A stretch of DNA of 64,000 nucleotides, taken from positions 32,001 to 96,000 of the IMG/VR virus record IMGVR_UViG_3300043788_000060; one strand, written 5' to 3'. The translations under genes and the position numbers were made by a program. Positions 52,101-61,445 of the stretch are shown piece by piece. Every line of letters begins with the position of its first letter. The stretch's first letter is position 1. A model generated the notes under the pieces. The model ran no database searches. It worked only from the letters and a program-made list of their open reading frames with translations, and was not told the DNA's origin. The DNA is from a virus.

Positions 52101-55100
52101 AAACAAACCCGGAGAAGACCTCTACTCCAAGTTCTTCAGAGATGGTGGTGTCAGAATCCGGTCGTTTGGCGGAACTGTCAATATCGACTTCATGGAACCG
52201 AACGCCGATACTTGGGACAGAGTCTATCGCTCGATAGCCTCGGTTCCGGACGCAAATTATTATCGGGTAGAATTCCGTCCACTAAAAGGTGGAACCGGTT
52301 TCAATATCGATGCCTACGACAAAGACAACCTGTTATTCAAACTCAAGGATTTGGAAAACGGCGGAACTCGCCCGGCTCCTGCGGGAAGTGTGCAATATTT
52401 CAGGCAAGGATTGTTATCTCGCGAAGGGGAATACAGGAATAAAGAACCCAGATTTCCCGGGTTGGCCGCTCGGGGCTCCGTAGACTTCGAAGACATCAAG
52501 CCATATCTAACGGATGAAGAGCTTACCAAACATGACTCTCCCGAAAAGAAAGCTCTGCTTACCGCCGCATTTAACGCGATGCCCGACGCCGACGAATGGA
52601 AAGAAGCAATTAAAGCTGGACGTGCCGGACAGATGTGGTATGAAAGATCGTCCCGCGCCTTCGATGCCCTGCTCGATTCCGGTGCTGACTTCATCTCGAA
52701 GAAAGATAAATCGAAATTCCTGAATTTCGTCGCCGCTCTTTCTCCGGTTCAGCCGGTCCGTCAAAACCTGCTCATGGCTTTGAACCTTTGGTCAAAGTGG
52801 GACAAAGCCGGTCGTCCGACAGACGTTGAATGGAAAGACGGAGCCCCGAATAAGAACGCTTCGCTCTGGAGAATTCTCAAGGGACGAGGAAACACACAGG
52901 GAGTAGACCTGCCAGCAAGAATGAACAACGCAATTCGTGCGTTGCAGGGCGAGCCCCTGTCCGGACCCAAAGTATCGGCGTTTACCACCAACTTGGGTAA
53001 GGATGTCAACCGGGTCACCAACGACACATGGATGGCCGTGTTCGGCGGTCACGATCCGAACCGGATCAACAAGCCCGCCGTTTACGACGCCATGTCCGCC
53101 AAGGTCCGCGAAGCGGCTAAATCGGAAGGCATCGCCCCGCGTCAAGCCCAAGCTGCGATCTGGAGCTTCATCAAGTCCCTAGCCGAACTATCAGGCTGGG
53201 GCAATGACCGCTGGATTCCGCCCCAAGAAATCATCAAGCAAGGTCTGCTCACGCCAGAGTTAGTTGGTATGCACTCGGCGGATTTCGCAGACATGCTTCA
53301 GAACGATCCCGAAATCCGGGAAGCTATCCGGAAAATAGGAGGAGACCTAAATGCCCTCGACTCAAAACTCAAATCTTACGTCCCCGGAAAGCCTGCCGAG
53401 GGAGAAGCTGCGGTCGCTAGTCCTCAACTTCTTAACGCGGCTCAAAGACTCGAAGCCGCCCGCACCGACTCAAGAATAGCAGCGCACCTCGCACGCAAAC
53501 AAGAACCCGGTTTGTTCGATACGGAATTCCGTCCGAATAATGGACTATTTGCGCGAAACCCAGAACTCACCCAGCAGATCGATTCGAACGTCTTCAAAAA
53601 CCAGCCCAAGGAATATCAGGACCTTGTCCTCAACTCGTTACGTAGAGTAGCGAACGGAGAACTGTCTGACCGCGAGCAAGCGGCAGCGAAATTCCTGCGC
53701 GACGAACAGGATAAGAACTTTGAAATCGGCTCGTCGAACGACCTGCTCCATCACTACCTCGAAGACTATATGACCCGCGTGTACAAGGACACCAACCCAC
53801 AGGGCAAGGTGATTTTGTCGGACGCCAAGGGCGGCAGATTCGCGACCAATGTTTCGATGGCCAAGCAGCGGGTGTACGACTCGAACCTGACTGCGTTGCT
53901 CAAATCTCCGAAGCAGATGCTGCTGGACCCGGTAGACATCACGGCCAGAGGTCGGGCTATGCTCATTAAAGCAGCGGCGAACCGGCAGTTGATTGATACG
54001 CTTCGGGATAAGTTTACTCGTGCGTCAGACGGTCGGCCTGCGGTTGTATTGTCTGGGGCCGGACAGGTTGTCTCTGGCGCAAACGGCGAGGACCCGAAGA
54101 CGTTCATCGATCCGAACCGCGTTCGTAAAATCAACATCTCACCGAATGTCGTAGAGCAGTTATCAAAATCCGGCGACTTACAGAGATTTTTGGACGAGGG
54201 TACGATCCGGGATATCACACCGTATGTCCGCCCAAACAATATTTCTGCTGCAATCGAAAAGTTGGAAGCGCAATACGATGAAGTGGGTAACAACAAACTT
54301 CGCACAGATATCATGTATCTGAAGTCGGTGTTGAACAACAAAGATTTCTCGGGACTCAAAGATTTCAACGACAAACAGCCGAAGCAATACGCTTGGGACC
54401 CGCAGGACTATATCAGCTTGGCGAACGGCGCGATGAAGGGCTGGAATTTTGTTACAAACGACTCCGCCGGGAACGGTGTGTATGTCCGTAGCGATATCAA
54501 GGTACATCCTGAATTTGCCGAGTATCTCCAGAATCGTTTGGGTCTAGCTCCGTCCGACATTGCAAAGCACCCTGTGGGTAAAGCGTTACTCGGAGCAGGA
54601 ACTAAGTTGAAGGAAACCCTGCTATCGCTGTCACCATTCCACATGGTGCAGGAAGCTCTGCGTGGAATTATGGTGGGAGTGAATCCGTTCCATATCACCG
54701 GTCCAGACATTCTGACCGGCGAGAAAGTAGACCCCACCGATCCGAATTCGCCGACGATCATCCGCAAGGCCGTCGAGCATGGGTTTACGACCGGCACGGA
54801 TTACAATGCCTTACAAGCACACAGCGAGGGCGTGGCGTCTGGTGGCGGTGGATTGCTTTCGAAAATTCCGGGAGTAGGCAAAGTCCTGTCTAATTCTCTA
54901 GATTGGTACCAGAACTTCCTCTTCAAGCGGTACATACCGGCGCTCAAGGCCCGCTCTGTTGAATTGATGTACCACGAATATCAGAATGCTCACCCTGATT
55001 GGTCGGTAGATAAGATCGCCAAAGCTGCTGCTATGCACACAAACGATACGTTCGGCGGAATCAACTGGAAGGCAATGGGCCGGTCTGCTACTACTCAGGA

Positions 55101-56094
55101 TTGGGGCCGGTTAATGTTACTCGCGCCCGACTGGCTCGAATCCGAAATGCGGTCTGGTGCAAGACTATTTAACAAGGACGAAGGCGGACTGGGCCGGGCA
55201 CAAGTAGCTAAGATGGCTTTGGGACTTTGGGGAATTGCCAGAGTTCTCAACTTAGTAACTACAGGTAAGCCGCACTTAGAAGCACCATTCGGGCTGGCTG
55301 TGAAAAATAAGGAAGGCAAGGAAACGGTATTTTCTATCCGGACTTTGCCAACCGATTTGTTACATGCCGCGAGCGATCCTGTCGGATTCGTTCAAGGTCG
55401 TCTATCTCCTGTTGTTCGCTCCGGAACCGAGTTAGTAACTCAGCGCGATCAATTTGGCCGCAAGTTACAGCCACAGGATTTATGGGCTGACGTGTTCAGA
55501 AATATGGCACCCATCCCGCTACAGGCCGTAAACCAAGCTATATCTGGGACTGGCCCGCAAGTCGGAAACGTCGGACAAGCCGTAAAGGCCGTAGGCGGAA
55601 CTGCGCAAACTTACCAGACCCCTGCACAGAAATTAGCCGCCGATCTGGCTAGTTCTCATACCGAATCGGGACCGGTAGACCCGGCCCAGATGGCAAGGCA
55701 CTCCCGGATAATTCAACTCGAAGATCAGGCAAGGGCCGGAGAAATTTCTTGGCCGGACCTCTACAAGCTGGCCTACCAGACGGATCAGATTTCTGAGTCC
55801 GAGTTGAAAACCATAGAGGCAAATGTCAAGTCCACCCAAGGTATGGACCCGAGCATGGCCGCGCTTTACACCAGAGCTTCGCGCCTACCTGCCAAGGAGT
55901 ATCTGGACCTCTTGGATATCGCTAATCCCTCGGAGAAAGCCGCACTGGTTCCTCTAACTATCAAAGTTCAGAAGCGGTACCTGACCAAAGCGAAAAAGGA
56001 AGAAACCCCGGAAGAGCGGGCCCATGATCCTGTGTTTATGCGGCTATTAAACATGATCCCCCAATCGCTCCAACAGAAACAAACCCAGAAATAA
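49126..56094 (+). CDS. large internal virion / polyvalent protein (2322 aa)
   Basis: FRAVHDLLGH..GEENA and EELHH zincin-like motifs; WYERS..AALSP..GPKVSAF..VTNDTWM glycosylase-like domain; helical C-terminal third. Confidence 0.75.
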   Translation: MATDSVDLSSIWGNTSASAPQSSSTDLSKIWGSGGGVPPVVSRAQETPSSSIDLSSIWGGGEARPNNGQTAPLPVQHLYQDSSQPWYKRAWDFANTPLTESLFGLPEERQGAGGFERGVEHIVSGLTSPLSVALTAATFGTGGIIESAGASALKEAGLTAAEIADATKASQVAVDAAKAVPEGATAITDAVKDAGLDPALWKRAQGILYDNGLTEHDLLGGNAVERGAFQVLRNTVPDLPIAVTARAAKTANTLLNAGFTLQQLESASAMSPRFLDALKEGDYDHALEYGTEMFASGALGVLGASHALHSAGELFKPLVENNAVRPSDEWNAITRANQEREAQHAEAEQHAINLSKQAKDLLGHAEPRPILGDTAEVKSQKNLELATVLHQIVTGGDQTKAATWHDALAEAAGRTEEPTLVHPNNGPVGNPDVQSLAESYTKSAGIDKTPHEGLVTVDPEAAKRVADAYEEMQHNPNDPKVKASYDALIRETKAQWDAAKAAGYKLEPWPEAGQPYANSAEMAADVRDNKHLYYFQGGEVPEGHPLAQIDPETGETYNNIFRAVHDLLGHAKNGYEFGPRGEENAFLAHSRMYSDEAIPALLSETKGQNSWVNFGKHLRDENGNLPAKGEKGFIPPPERPYADQKAGILPPEIVNPHLGKEPQVGTPIETPSRANTQVVHSNAAGEVRVGADGRPIVWLSPEAWEAYNRIAHPGAIILGVSYSPDEAADIAKKLLKANEPGDAQQVLDLFWKAQNVSKQGLLTAAKTGTDVTVAAEELHHTWARELSKDGEIANHLKPKQWIKLNDIIPPAWTADMDRLGYEKDPISRVIETAHQFRAGKAKGIVPDTDIVRFLDSYYSEVEATHGKNVLEEANKINDIAAQHIKDIYENRRTRQTTPEGGLADRQTDNGQLPSVEAGRETGPPKVGSGEPPEGLTAREDKEFSKLSGLKLRVGMGDAGSAGLVTGDNDVLIGRDHAELAREAGYKATPAVGNKPGEDLYSKFFRDGGVRIRSFGGTVNIDFMEPNADTWDRVYRSIASVPDANYYRVEFRPLKGGTGFNIDAYDKDNLLFKLKDLENGGTRPAPAGSVQYFRQGLLSREGEYRNKEPRFPGLAARGSVDFEDIKPYLTDEELTKHDSPEKKALLTAAFNAMPDADEWKEAIKAGRAGQMWYERSSRAFDALLDSGADFISKKDKSKFLNFVAALSPVQPVRQNLLMALNLWSKWDKAGRPTDVEWKDGAPNKNASLWRILKGRGNTQGVDLPARMNNAIRALQGEPLSGPKVSAFTTNLGKDVNRVTNDTWMAVFGGHDPNRINKPAVYDAMSAKVREAAKSEGIAPRQAQAAIWSFIKSLAELSGWGNDRWIPPQEIIKQGLLTPELVGMHSADFADMLQNDPEIREAIRKIGGDLNALDSKLKSYVPGKPAEGEAAVASPQLLNAAQRLEAARTDSRIAAHLARKQEPGLFDTEFRPNNGLFARNPELTQQIDSNVFKNQPKEYQDLVLNSLRRVANGELSDREQAAAKFLRDEQDKNFEIGSSNDLLHHYLEDYMTRVYKDTNPQGKVILSDAKGGRFATNVSMAKQRVYDSNLTALLKSPKQMLLDPVDITARGRAMLIKAAANRQLIDTLRDKFTRASDGRPAVVLSGAGQVVSGANGEDPKTFIDPNRVRKINISPNVVEQLSKSGDLQRFLDEGTIRDITPYVRPNNISAAIEKLEAQYDEVGNNKLRTDIMYLKSVLNNKDFSGLKDFNDKQPKQYAWDPQDYISLANGAMKGWNFVTNDSAGNGVYVRSDIKVHPEFAEYLQNRLGLAPSDIAKHPVGKALLGAGTKLKETLLSLSPFHMVQEALRGIMVGVNPFHITGPDILTGEKVDPTDPNSPTIIRKAVEHGFTTGTDYNALQAHSEGVASGGGGLLSKIPGVGKVLSNSLDWYQNFLFKRYIPALKARSVELMYHEYQNAHPDWSVDKIAKAAAMHTNDTFGGINWKAMGRSATTQDWGRLMLLAPDWLESEMRSGARLFNKDEGGLGRAQVAKMALGLWGIARVLNLVTTGKPHLEAPFGLAVKNKEGKETVFSIRTLPTDLLHAASDPVGFVQGRLSPVVRSGTELVTQRDQFGRKLQPQDLWADVFRNMAPIPLQAVNQAISGTGPQVGNVGQAVKAVGGTAQTYQTPAQKLAADLASSHTESGPVDPAQMARHSRIIQLEDQARAGEISWPDLYKLAYQTDQISESELKTIEANVKSTQGMDPSMAALYTRASRLPAKEYLDLLDIANPSEKAALVPLTIKVQKRYLTKAKKEETPEERAHDPVFMRLLNMIPQSLQQKQTQK

Positions 56095-56111
56095 ACATCC
56101 CCACAAACACG

Positions 56112-56142
56112 AAGGCCCTCCTGATTTCTCGGGAGGGCTTTT
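56112..56142. terminator. bidirectional terminator between the convergent gene blocks
   Basis: AAGGCCCTCC-loop-GGAGGGCTTTT between stops at 56094 (+) and 56161 (-). Confidence 0.75.
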
Positions 56143-56160
56143 CTGTGTCCATTATTCGGA

Positions 56161-56529
56161 TTAAATTTGATCTGTTGGGTCTCGCAGGATGTTTGCTTCT
56201 CGTTGCGCGGCTCCTTGGGCCTTGGCTTGGTTACTGCGCTCCTCCAAAATCTTCTCTGCGACCGCGCAAGCTCTCCACGCCATAGCCCCGGCATGGCTCA
56301 CCCCGTTTTCGTCTGGGTCGTTTCGCTGTATGGCGTGTCTAATCATGGCATCGAAGTCGTCTTTACTTTTTGATCTGTCCCAGTGAAGCGGGGTTCCCGG
56401 AACGTGCTGTTTGTTTCCGGCTACACTCGCTTTCGCTATCTCAGTCATTGTCAGAGGAAAGTAATCCAGCACTCCGGTTCCGATAGGAATCTCCTTTCGT
56501 TCTTTTGCGTCAGTCGGCAACAACGGCAT
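56161..56529 (-). CDS. dATP/dGTP diphosphohydrolase-like protein (DUF5664)
   Basis: GVLDYFP..GNKQH..LHWDRSKS..DAMIRH..AWRA. Confidence 0.8.
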   Translation of the reverse strand: MPLLPTDAKERKEIPIGTGVLDYFPLTMTEIAKASVAGNKQHVPGTPLHWDRSKSKDDFDAMIRHAIQRNDPDENGVSHAGAMAWRACAVAEKILEERSNQAKAQGAAQREANILRDPTDQI

Positions 56530-56923
56530 TTTGAATCCCTCCAGTTATAAATTCCGCGATCTCGCTCCAATTTTCTTGATACCGAATCGCTTTGTCGTCG
56601 ATATAGTAGGCGGCGTAGACTTTGCCCATTGTGCCGTCGTCCACGTCATCGTAAGGCACTTGGTTCTCGTCCAGATAGGCAATCATCTGCTTAACTGTTG
56701 GGCGGCTCATATCCAAAATCTCCCCGGTCGGGTTGAATATTTCCGGATAGAATTTGCAAGTTCGACAGGACCAAACGATGATCCAATATCCAGATTCCTT
56801 TATTTTGGACAAAGCCTCTCGAACTCCGGGTTTCAATGACCCCAAAGTTGGGTAAGTAGAATCGCAGATCGTCTTGTCAAAATCGACGGCGACAATCCTT
56901 TCGATATTTGGAGGTTGGATCAT
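56510..56923 (-). CDS. HAD-superfamily hydrolase
   Basis: VAVDFDKTI, IVWSCR, K..A.YYIDDKA. Confidence 0.85.
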   Translation of the reverse strand: MIQPPNIERIVAVDFDKTICDSTYPTLGSLKPGVREALSKIKESGYWIIVWSCRTCKFYPEIFNPTGEILDMSRPTVKQMIAYLDENQVPYDDVDDGTMGKVYAAYYIDDKAIRYQENWSEIAEFITGGIQNAVVAD

Positions 56924-56961
56924 ATTATCCGTCCATTATTCGGACAAATCGTGTGAAAAGG

Positions 56962-57471
56962 CTAAACTTGATTGAATTCCACTAAAGGTCCGTACCCCAA
57001 CATCACGGGATGGCTGGGGTGCCCTTGCTTCGTTTTATTCAAGCACCAAAGTTTTCGGTTCAGTAGCTCTATGGTTTTCCGTACCCGATCCTCCACCCAA
57101 GGCTTGTTGGCAAAAGTTGCACCCCACGCTACGCATACGGTTTCTTCCGGCGGCAAGTCTCGAACATAGGCATCGTTATCCGGACCCACGATGTCTGCCC
57201 GGTAGTTCACATATTCTCGTTGCAACACCTTCGGGTCGGTCGAGCGAAAAGCGAAGAGATTGACGATCCGGATCGCGTTGAAATCGTTCAACTTGGCAAA
57301 TCCTATACACTTACGCACAGTTGCATCGTCCTGCAATCCGTCTGCCGTGCTGGGATTCAACATACAAAAATTTAGAACACGGACTCCGACAAAGATGGGG
57401 TTTTCGGCCCATTCCCGGTACAACGTGTATCGGTATTTCCGGTCATCACTGATTACGGCTTCCCGAATCAC
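56962..57471 (-). CDS. DUF1643 family protein
   Basis: YRYTL.R.W, MLNPSTAD, NLFAFRSTDP, AWG, GHPSHP. Confidence 0.9.
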   Translation of the reverse strand: MIREAVISDDRKYRYTLYREWAENPIFVGVRVLNFCMLNPSTADGLQDDATVRKCIGFAKLNDFNAIRIVNLFAFRSTDPKVLQREYVNYRADIVGPDNDAYVRDLPPEETVCVAWGATFANKPWVEDRVRKTIELLNRKLWCLNKTKQGHPSHPVMLGYGPLVEFNQV

Positions 57472-57722
57472 AACCTAATTACCTGCCCATTCGATTTAAC
57501 TCCGTACTTCTCCCCGAGTTCGTACTGCCTTGGTTGCCGGTCTTTATCCCTACGCCCTGTAAGGGGTTTCGTCTCGTCCAGATTTCGGACGGGTTCGTAG
57601 GTGCCGTCGAGGTCTTTCAACCATTGACGCCATACGGCAAAGAGCCCGGGATCACGTTGTCTGAATAATGGACTTCCTCCGGAGGCGTGGCCATAGATTG
57701 AGGTTCCGATGTTTTGGTTCAT
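57468..57722 (-). CDS. hypothetical protein
   Basis: 4-nt overlaps with both neighbours. Confidence 0.6.
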   Translation of the reverse strand: MNQNIGTSIYGHASGGSPLFRQRDPGLFAVWRQWLKDLDGTYEPVRNLDETKPLTGRRDKDRQPRQYELGEKYGVKSNGQVIRL

Positions 57723-58555
57723 ATTGGTCTCACTGGAAAACCGGTTTTGAATCCGGCGGCGTGTTTATGGCCCCCGCCCCCGTACTGTTTTGCGATTTCG
57801 GACACATCAATCCCGTCATCAGTCGATCTCAAACTGAAGTGGGCGTAGTTTCCGTCGAGATAAAACGTCGATCCAAATGGTTGTCCTTGTGCCAGAATAT
57901 GTCCGGCGTCCGACGAAAACGTGTATGGTAAGTTACAGGTCCAAGTCTCGTATCCGCCAATTGTAATCCGGAATTTGTTTTGTAGAAGTTCCTTGGTGTC
58001 CTTCTCCTGTTTCCGAATAATGGATTTTCCAGCTAACAAGAGTTCGTTGGGTAATTCGCCTCGCTCTGCATCATACTCAACTTCTGTGTGGGTTACTTCC
58101 CAGAGGCTGAAATCGTACTCAAGACTGAAAAGGTAAGCAGAGAACGCTTTAGTTTCCGGGTACACAAATCTCCACAAATCCCGATCTTCTACATATCTCA
58201 CAAGATTCGGAACATCGACGTAAGAGTGAAAATGCTCCCAAGCCAGACGTGCTCCGGACTTTCCCAGATCGAAATGCACGAAAACATTATCGGGCAAATT
58301 GACTAGATCAGCCTCGGCGGTTTTGTGGTGGTCCAAGATTGTGATGTCTTGGGCCTGTTTTGCTAATTCCAAAATCACCGGTCGCTTGTAAGAGAAGTCC
58401 ACCATGTAGACGATTCTATCTGTCACATCAGGCGGCGGGTCTCCGTGTTTAGCGGGATAGAAATCCCATCCCGGATGCGCCCGCCATACGGCCCAAGCTG
58501 CGGTAAATCCGTCCTGACAGTTGCCGTGATATATGACGATAGGTTTGTCAGTCAT
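57719..58555 (-). CDS. DHH/DHHA1 phosphoesterase
   Basis: IYHGNCQDG, VDFS, LDHH, DRDLW, SLRS, GGGHKHAAGF. Confidence 0.92.
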   Translation of the reverse strand: MTDKPIVIYHGNCQDGFTAAWAVWRAHPGWDFYPAKHGDPPPDVTDRIVYMVDFSYKRPVILELAKQAQDITILDHHKTAEADLVNLPDNVFVHFDLGKSGARLAWEHFHSYVDVPNLVRYVEDRDLWRFVYPETKAFSAYLFSLEYDFSLWEVTHTEVEYDAERGELPNELLLAGKSIIRKQEKDTKELLQNKFRITIGGYETWTCNLPYTFSSDAGHILAQGQPFGSTFYLDGNYAHFSLRSTDDGIDVSEIAKQYGGGGHKHAAGFKTGFPVRPI

Positions 58556-59112
58556 GCCGCCCTCATTTCTCGAAAATCTCGTATTGCTTTTCCAATATGC
58601 TTCCATTCTTCATAAGAAAAAGAATCTCCTTTTCCCATGTTACATCGGCTACAACATACCACACAGTTGGCTGGGGTATATCCAACATTGTTATCTATCC
58701 GGTCTAGATAGTACGCTTCTCTTTCTGGTCCCTTGCTACGGCTGTATTCGGGCCACTCTATCGGAAACGAACAATAGTGACACGAATTGATTTTTGTAAA
58801 AATTAGGAAATCTTCATACGTTAGAGAATGGGGGATATCTCTTCTGTCAGACGCAGAAGTAAAGATATTAAACAACCATTCAAAAGGTCTTAACCTGTTT
58901 CTGTCTCGAAGAGATTCAAAACGCAAACACCCACAAGACAAGCACGCCCCAGCAGTAAGCCTGCTTCCCTCTGTTGTTATTTTATTCCCGCACTCACACT
59001 GGCAAAGGTACCTCGATCTTCTTCTTTTGGGGCCACCCTCGGAAGGAATTATTCTTTCTATGGCGGTTAAACGACCAAACACTTGTCCAGTAAGATTCTT
59101 CCTTTTCCCCAA
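58552..59112 (-). CDS. HNH homing endonuclease
   Basis: LTGQVFGRLT, CQCECG, CHYC, LDRIDNNVGYTPANCVVCC..CN. Confidence 0.88.
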   Translation of the reverse strand: MGKRKNLTGQVFGRLTAIERIIPSEGGPKRRRSRYLCQCECGNKITTEGSRLTAGACLSCGCLRFESLRDRNRLRPFEWLFNIFTSASDRRDIPHSLTYEDFLIFTKINSCHYCSFPIEWPEYSRSKGPEREAYYLDRIDNNVGYTPANCVVCCSRCNMGKGDSFSYEEWKHIGKAIRDFREMRAA

Positions 59113-59114
59113 GA

Positions 59115-60251
59115 TTAAGAAAACCTCTTTTCATAGAATTTTCTGTCGAAGAAAGGACACCACTGAACCTGAAACCCGGCTATTGCCCCAGATTCTTCTT
59201 GTTTTATCCTGACAATCGAGTACCCGACGTGGGCTTGTAATCTTTTCTTGCGCATAAACAAACTCTGGTCGGTCGTACAGCCACCCTGCAATGTGTGGAC
59301 CTCTCGTGGGTATCCGTAGTTGAATTTGTGATAATGTCCGACGAGTTCGATCTGAGGTTTCTCTCCGCCCTGATAACTTTCCACGCGCTTCTGATCGGTG
59401 TATGAAATTGCGTAGGCAGAACCTCCGCCCGGATGGACAACGCGCATCACCGAGGAACCCCGTCCGAACGAAAGTTGGACATCTGCTTCCCCGTATCCCA
59501 AATACTTGAGATCAGTCCTACCCGCGTCTTCTGCCCGGTTCTGGAGGTATCTTCCAACTTCCAAACCTTCGCGCTGCTGGTACCAGCCCTCGTGATCGTC
59601 TCCAGCAATGTAGTGCGTCTCGATACCTTCGCGGATCGGGAAATTGTCAATCATGTAGTCCAATTGGTTGTCAAGCCCCGGAGCCACGATCAGTTCGGTC
59701 TTGTTAAATCGGGCTTCTCCGTCGATCCAGTTGCCCGCGTTATAAACGATGTTTATACCCTCCCGCTCGAAGTGGTCGTAGGCCGCGTTCAAAACGTCGA
59801 GTCTGGAGTGTCGGTTGCACAAATGGTTGTCGGTCGTAAACCCGAATATATGTGTCCAGTCTCCCTTCTCGCCCCGGACCTCGCTCTTGCCGGGCTCCAA
59901 TAATACTGAGTCGCCAAGATCGTGCTTGCCATCCACGGTTGTGAGCAGGAGCACGCCCTTGGACTTCATCTCCTTAATGGCGTCTCGCACTAGCTTGACA
60001 GGGGCATCCAAAGATTTGGCCAGTTGCTCAGTTGAAGCCGGGCCCTTCTTGAGCAGCTTGCGAATATCGTCGTGCCCAATTGATTTTACCCCAGCGATTT
60101 CGATCTCGGGCTCTCGAAGAATCTTGTTAACCGTCTTTTGATGGTATCCGACGAACCCCGCTATCTCGCGTCCGGACTTCTCCGGGTGGAGTTGCTTGAT
60201 CCTGCGTATCGCTTTCTTGTCTACTTCAGGTACCTGTGTGGTTTTAGGCAT
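59115..60251 (-). CDS. calcineurin-like metallophosphoesterase with N-terminal HTH domains
   Basis: TDNH, AGNWIDG, AGDDHE, HPGGG, GHYH. Confidence 0.85.
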   Translation of the reverse strand: MPKTTQVPEVDKKAIRRIKQLHPEKSGREIAGFVGYHQKTVNKILREPEIEIAGVKSIGHDDIRKLLKKGPASTEQLAKSLDAPVKLVRDAIKEMKSKGVLLLTTVDGKHDLGDSVLLEPGKSEVRGEKGDWTHIFGFTTDNHLCNRHSRLDVLNAAYDHFEREGINIVYNAGNWIDGEARFNKTELIVAPGLDNQLDYMIDNFPIREGIETHYIAGDDHEGWYQQREGLEVGRYLQNRAEDAGRTDLKYLGYGEADVQLSFGRGSSVMRVVHPGGGSAYAISYTDQKRVESYQGGEKPQIELVGHYHKFNYGYPREVHTLQGGCTTDQSLFMRKKRLQAHVGYSIVRIKQEESGAIAGFQVQWCPFFDRKFYEKRFS

Positions 60252-60445
60252 TAGTCTGGTTGTCCTTCCCACGGATTTTCGCCCGTGACTGCTACGAATC
60301 CTTGTTTCAGTTCTCGAACCACTTCGGGCAGAATAGATTTCAATTGCACGATGTGAAAAGTATCTGACATCGGGAGTTGCAGTCCGTGTGTCAAATTATC
60401 AAGTCGATCTATAGCCTGCCCCAGAATCTCTTTCGCGTCGTCCAT
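60251..60445 (-). CDS. hypothetical protein
   Basis: Start supplied by the TAATG of the 15-bp motif. Confidence 0.6.
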   Translation of the reverse strand: MDDAKEILGQAIDRLDNLTHGLQLPMSDTFHIVQLKSILPEVVRELKQGFVAVTGENPWEGQPD

Positions 60446-60636
60446 TATTCGGACTCCAATTCCGCCGGAACTTCCACATCCGGCTTCAACTCTCCCAGAA
60501 TGTCTTGGGCCAGCAAAGTCTGCCCGTCCTCAAGACCCTTGGCATAAATCCACTGGTCTTCCGAATCGATTTTCCTTGCCAAGGCTCGGGTTGCGTATTT
60601 GTTCAACAAACCCACGGCGGCGTCTGAAATTTTCAC
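60445..60636 (-). CDS. hypothetical protein
   Basis: Ends ESE* inside the motif. Confidence 0.6.
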   Translation of the reverse strand: MKISDAAVGLLNKYATRALARKIDSEDQWIYAKGLEDGQTLLAQDILGELKPDVEVPAELESE

Positions 60637-60932
60637 TTGACCTCCTTGAGGCAGACAATGTCGTAACTGAGTTTTGATCCAACGGTCGATGTCATGATTT
60701 TTCCGGGCGCAACGTAATATAAATCTCTGTCCTCCGGAATTTTACCCCGGACAGCCACGTACACGTCAAACCCTTCCGGACATCCGCGCAGCTTCTTGTC
60801 CGGTCCTATCACAAACGCTTTCGAGGACAGTTCCCCGGAATCGACATACGCCGGTTTGGTTTCGAGACGTAGTTCCTGCGGTAAAGCCAAAGCGGTCCCG
60901 AGCAGGAATAGAACGACTAAAGCAAATCGCAT
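60633..60932 (-). CDS. secreted hypothetical protein
   Basis: Signal peptide MRFALVVLFLLGTALA; GGAGG SD. Confidence 0.65.
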   Translation of the reverse strand: MRFALVVLFLLGTALALPQELRLETKPAYVDSGELSSKAFVIGPDKKLRGCPEGFDVYVAVRGKIPEDRDLYYVAPGKIMTSTVGSKLSYDIVCLKEVK

Positions 60933-61262
60933 TGAGCCTCCGGGTCATGGGCCGCGCACCGGGGTTGCACAGACGATTTGTCCGGGCTCCCGAAAATATC
61001 TTTGGATGCCAGTACCCAGACAGTCGCCGGTTGTTGGCAAACCGTGCATTTTCTCGGCGTTGAATATTGGGAAATCGGTCGGCTCATTTTGTTCCTTCAC
61101 TAAGACAATAGAGTAGGAAAAGAAATTCTATTGCACATATTACGGAGTGAAAAATAGACTCAGAAAACTCTCCTGTAAATATTGGGTGGGGTACAGGAAC
61201 AATCAGATCGCGGAATCCAATAAAGAACATGATAGCCCACGCAAAACGCATTACTAGCTTTT

Positions 61263-61445
61263 TCATTGCTCCTCCTCCTCTTCGATATCTGCCCGCTCCT
61301 GAATAAACAAAGCGGCTCCGGCAGCTATCACTAATACCCCCGCGATCCAAGATTTCTGGACAACAGAGACCACCAACGCACCACCTAAAATCGAGGCGAG
61401 AATATCTCGTAATACGTGGCGCTCAACTCGGATGGTGTGTTTCAT
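61263..61445 (-). CDS. small two-TM membrane protein
   Basis: Two hydrophobic segments; AAGGAG SD. Confidence 0.6.
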   Translation of the reverse strand: MKHTIRVERHVLRDILASILGGALVVSVVQKSWIAGVLVIAAGAALFIQERADIEEEEEQ

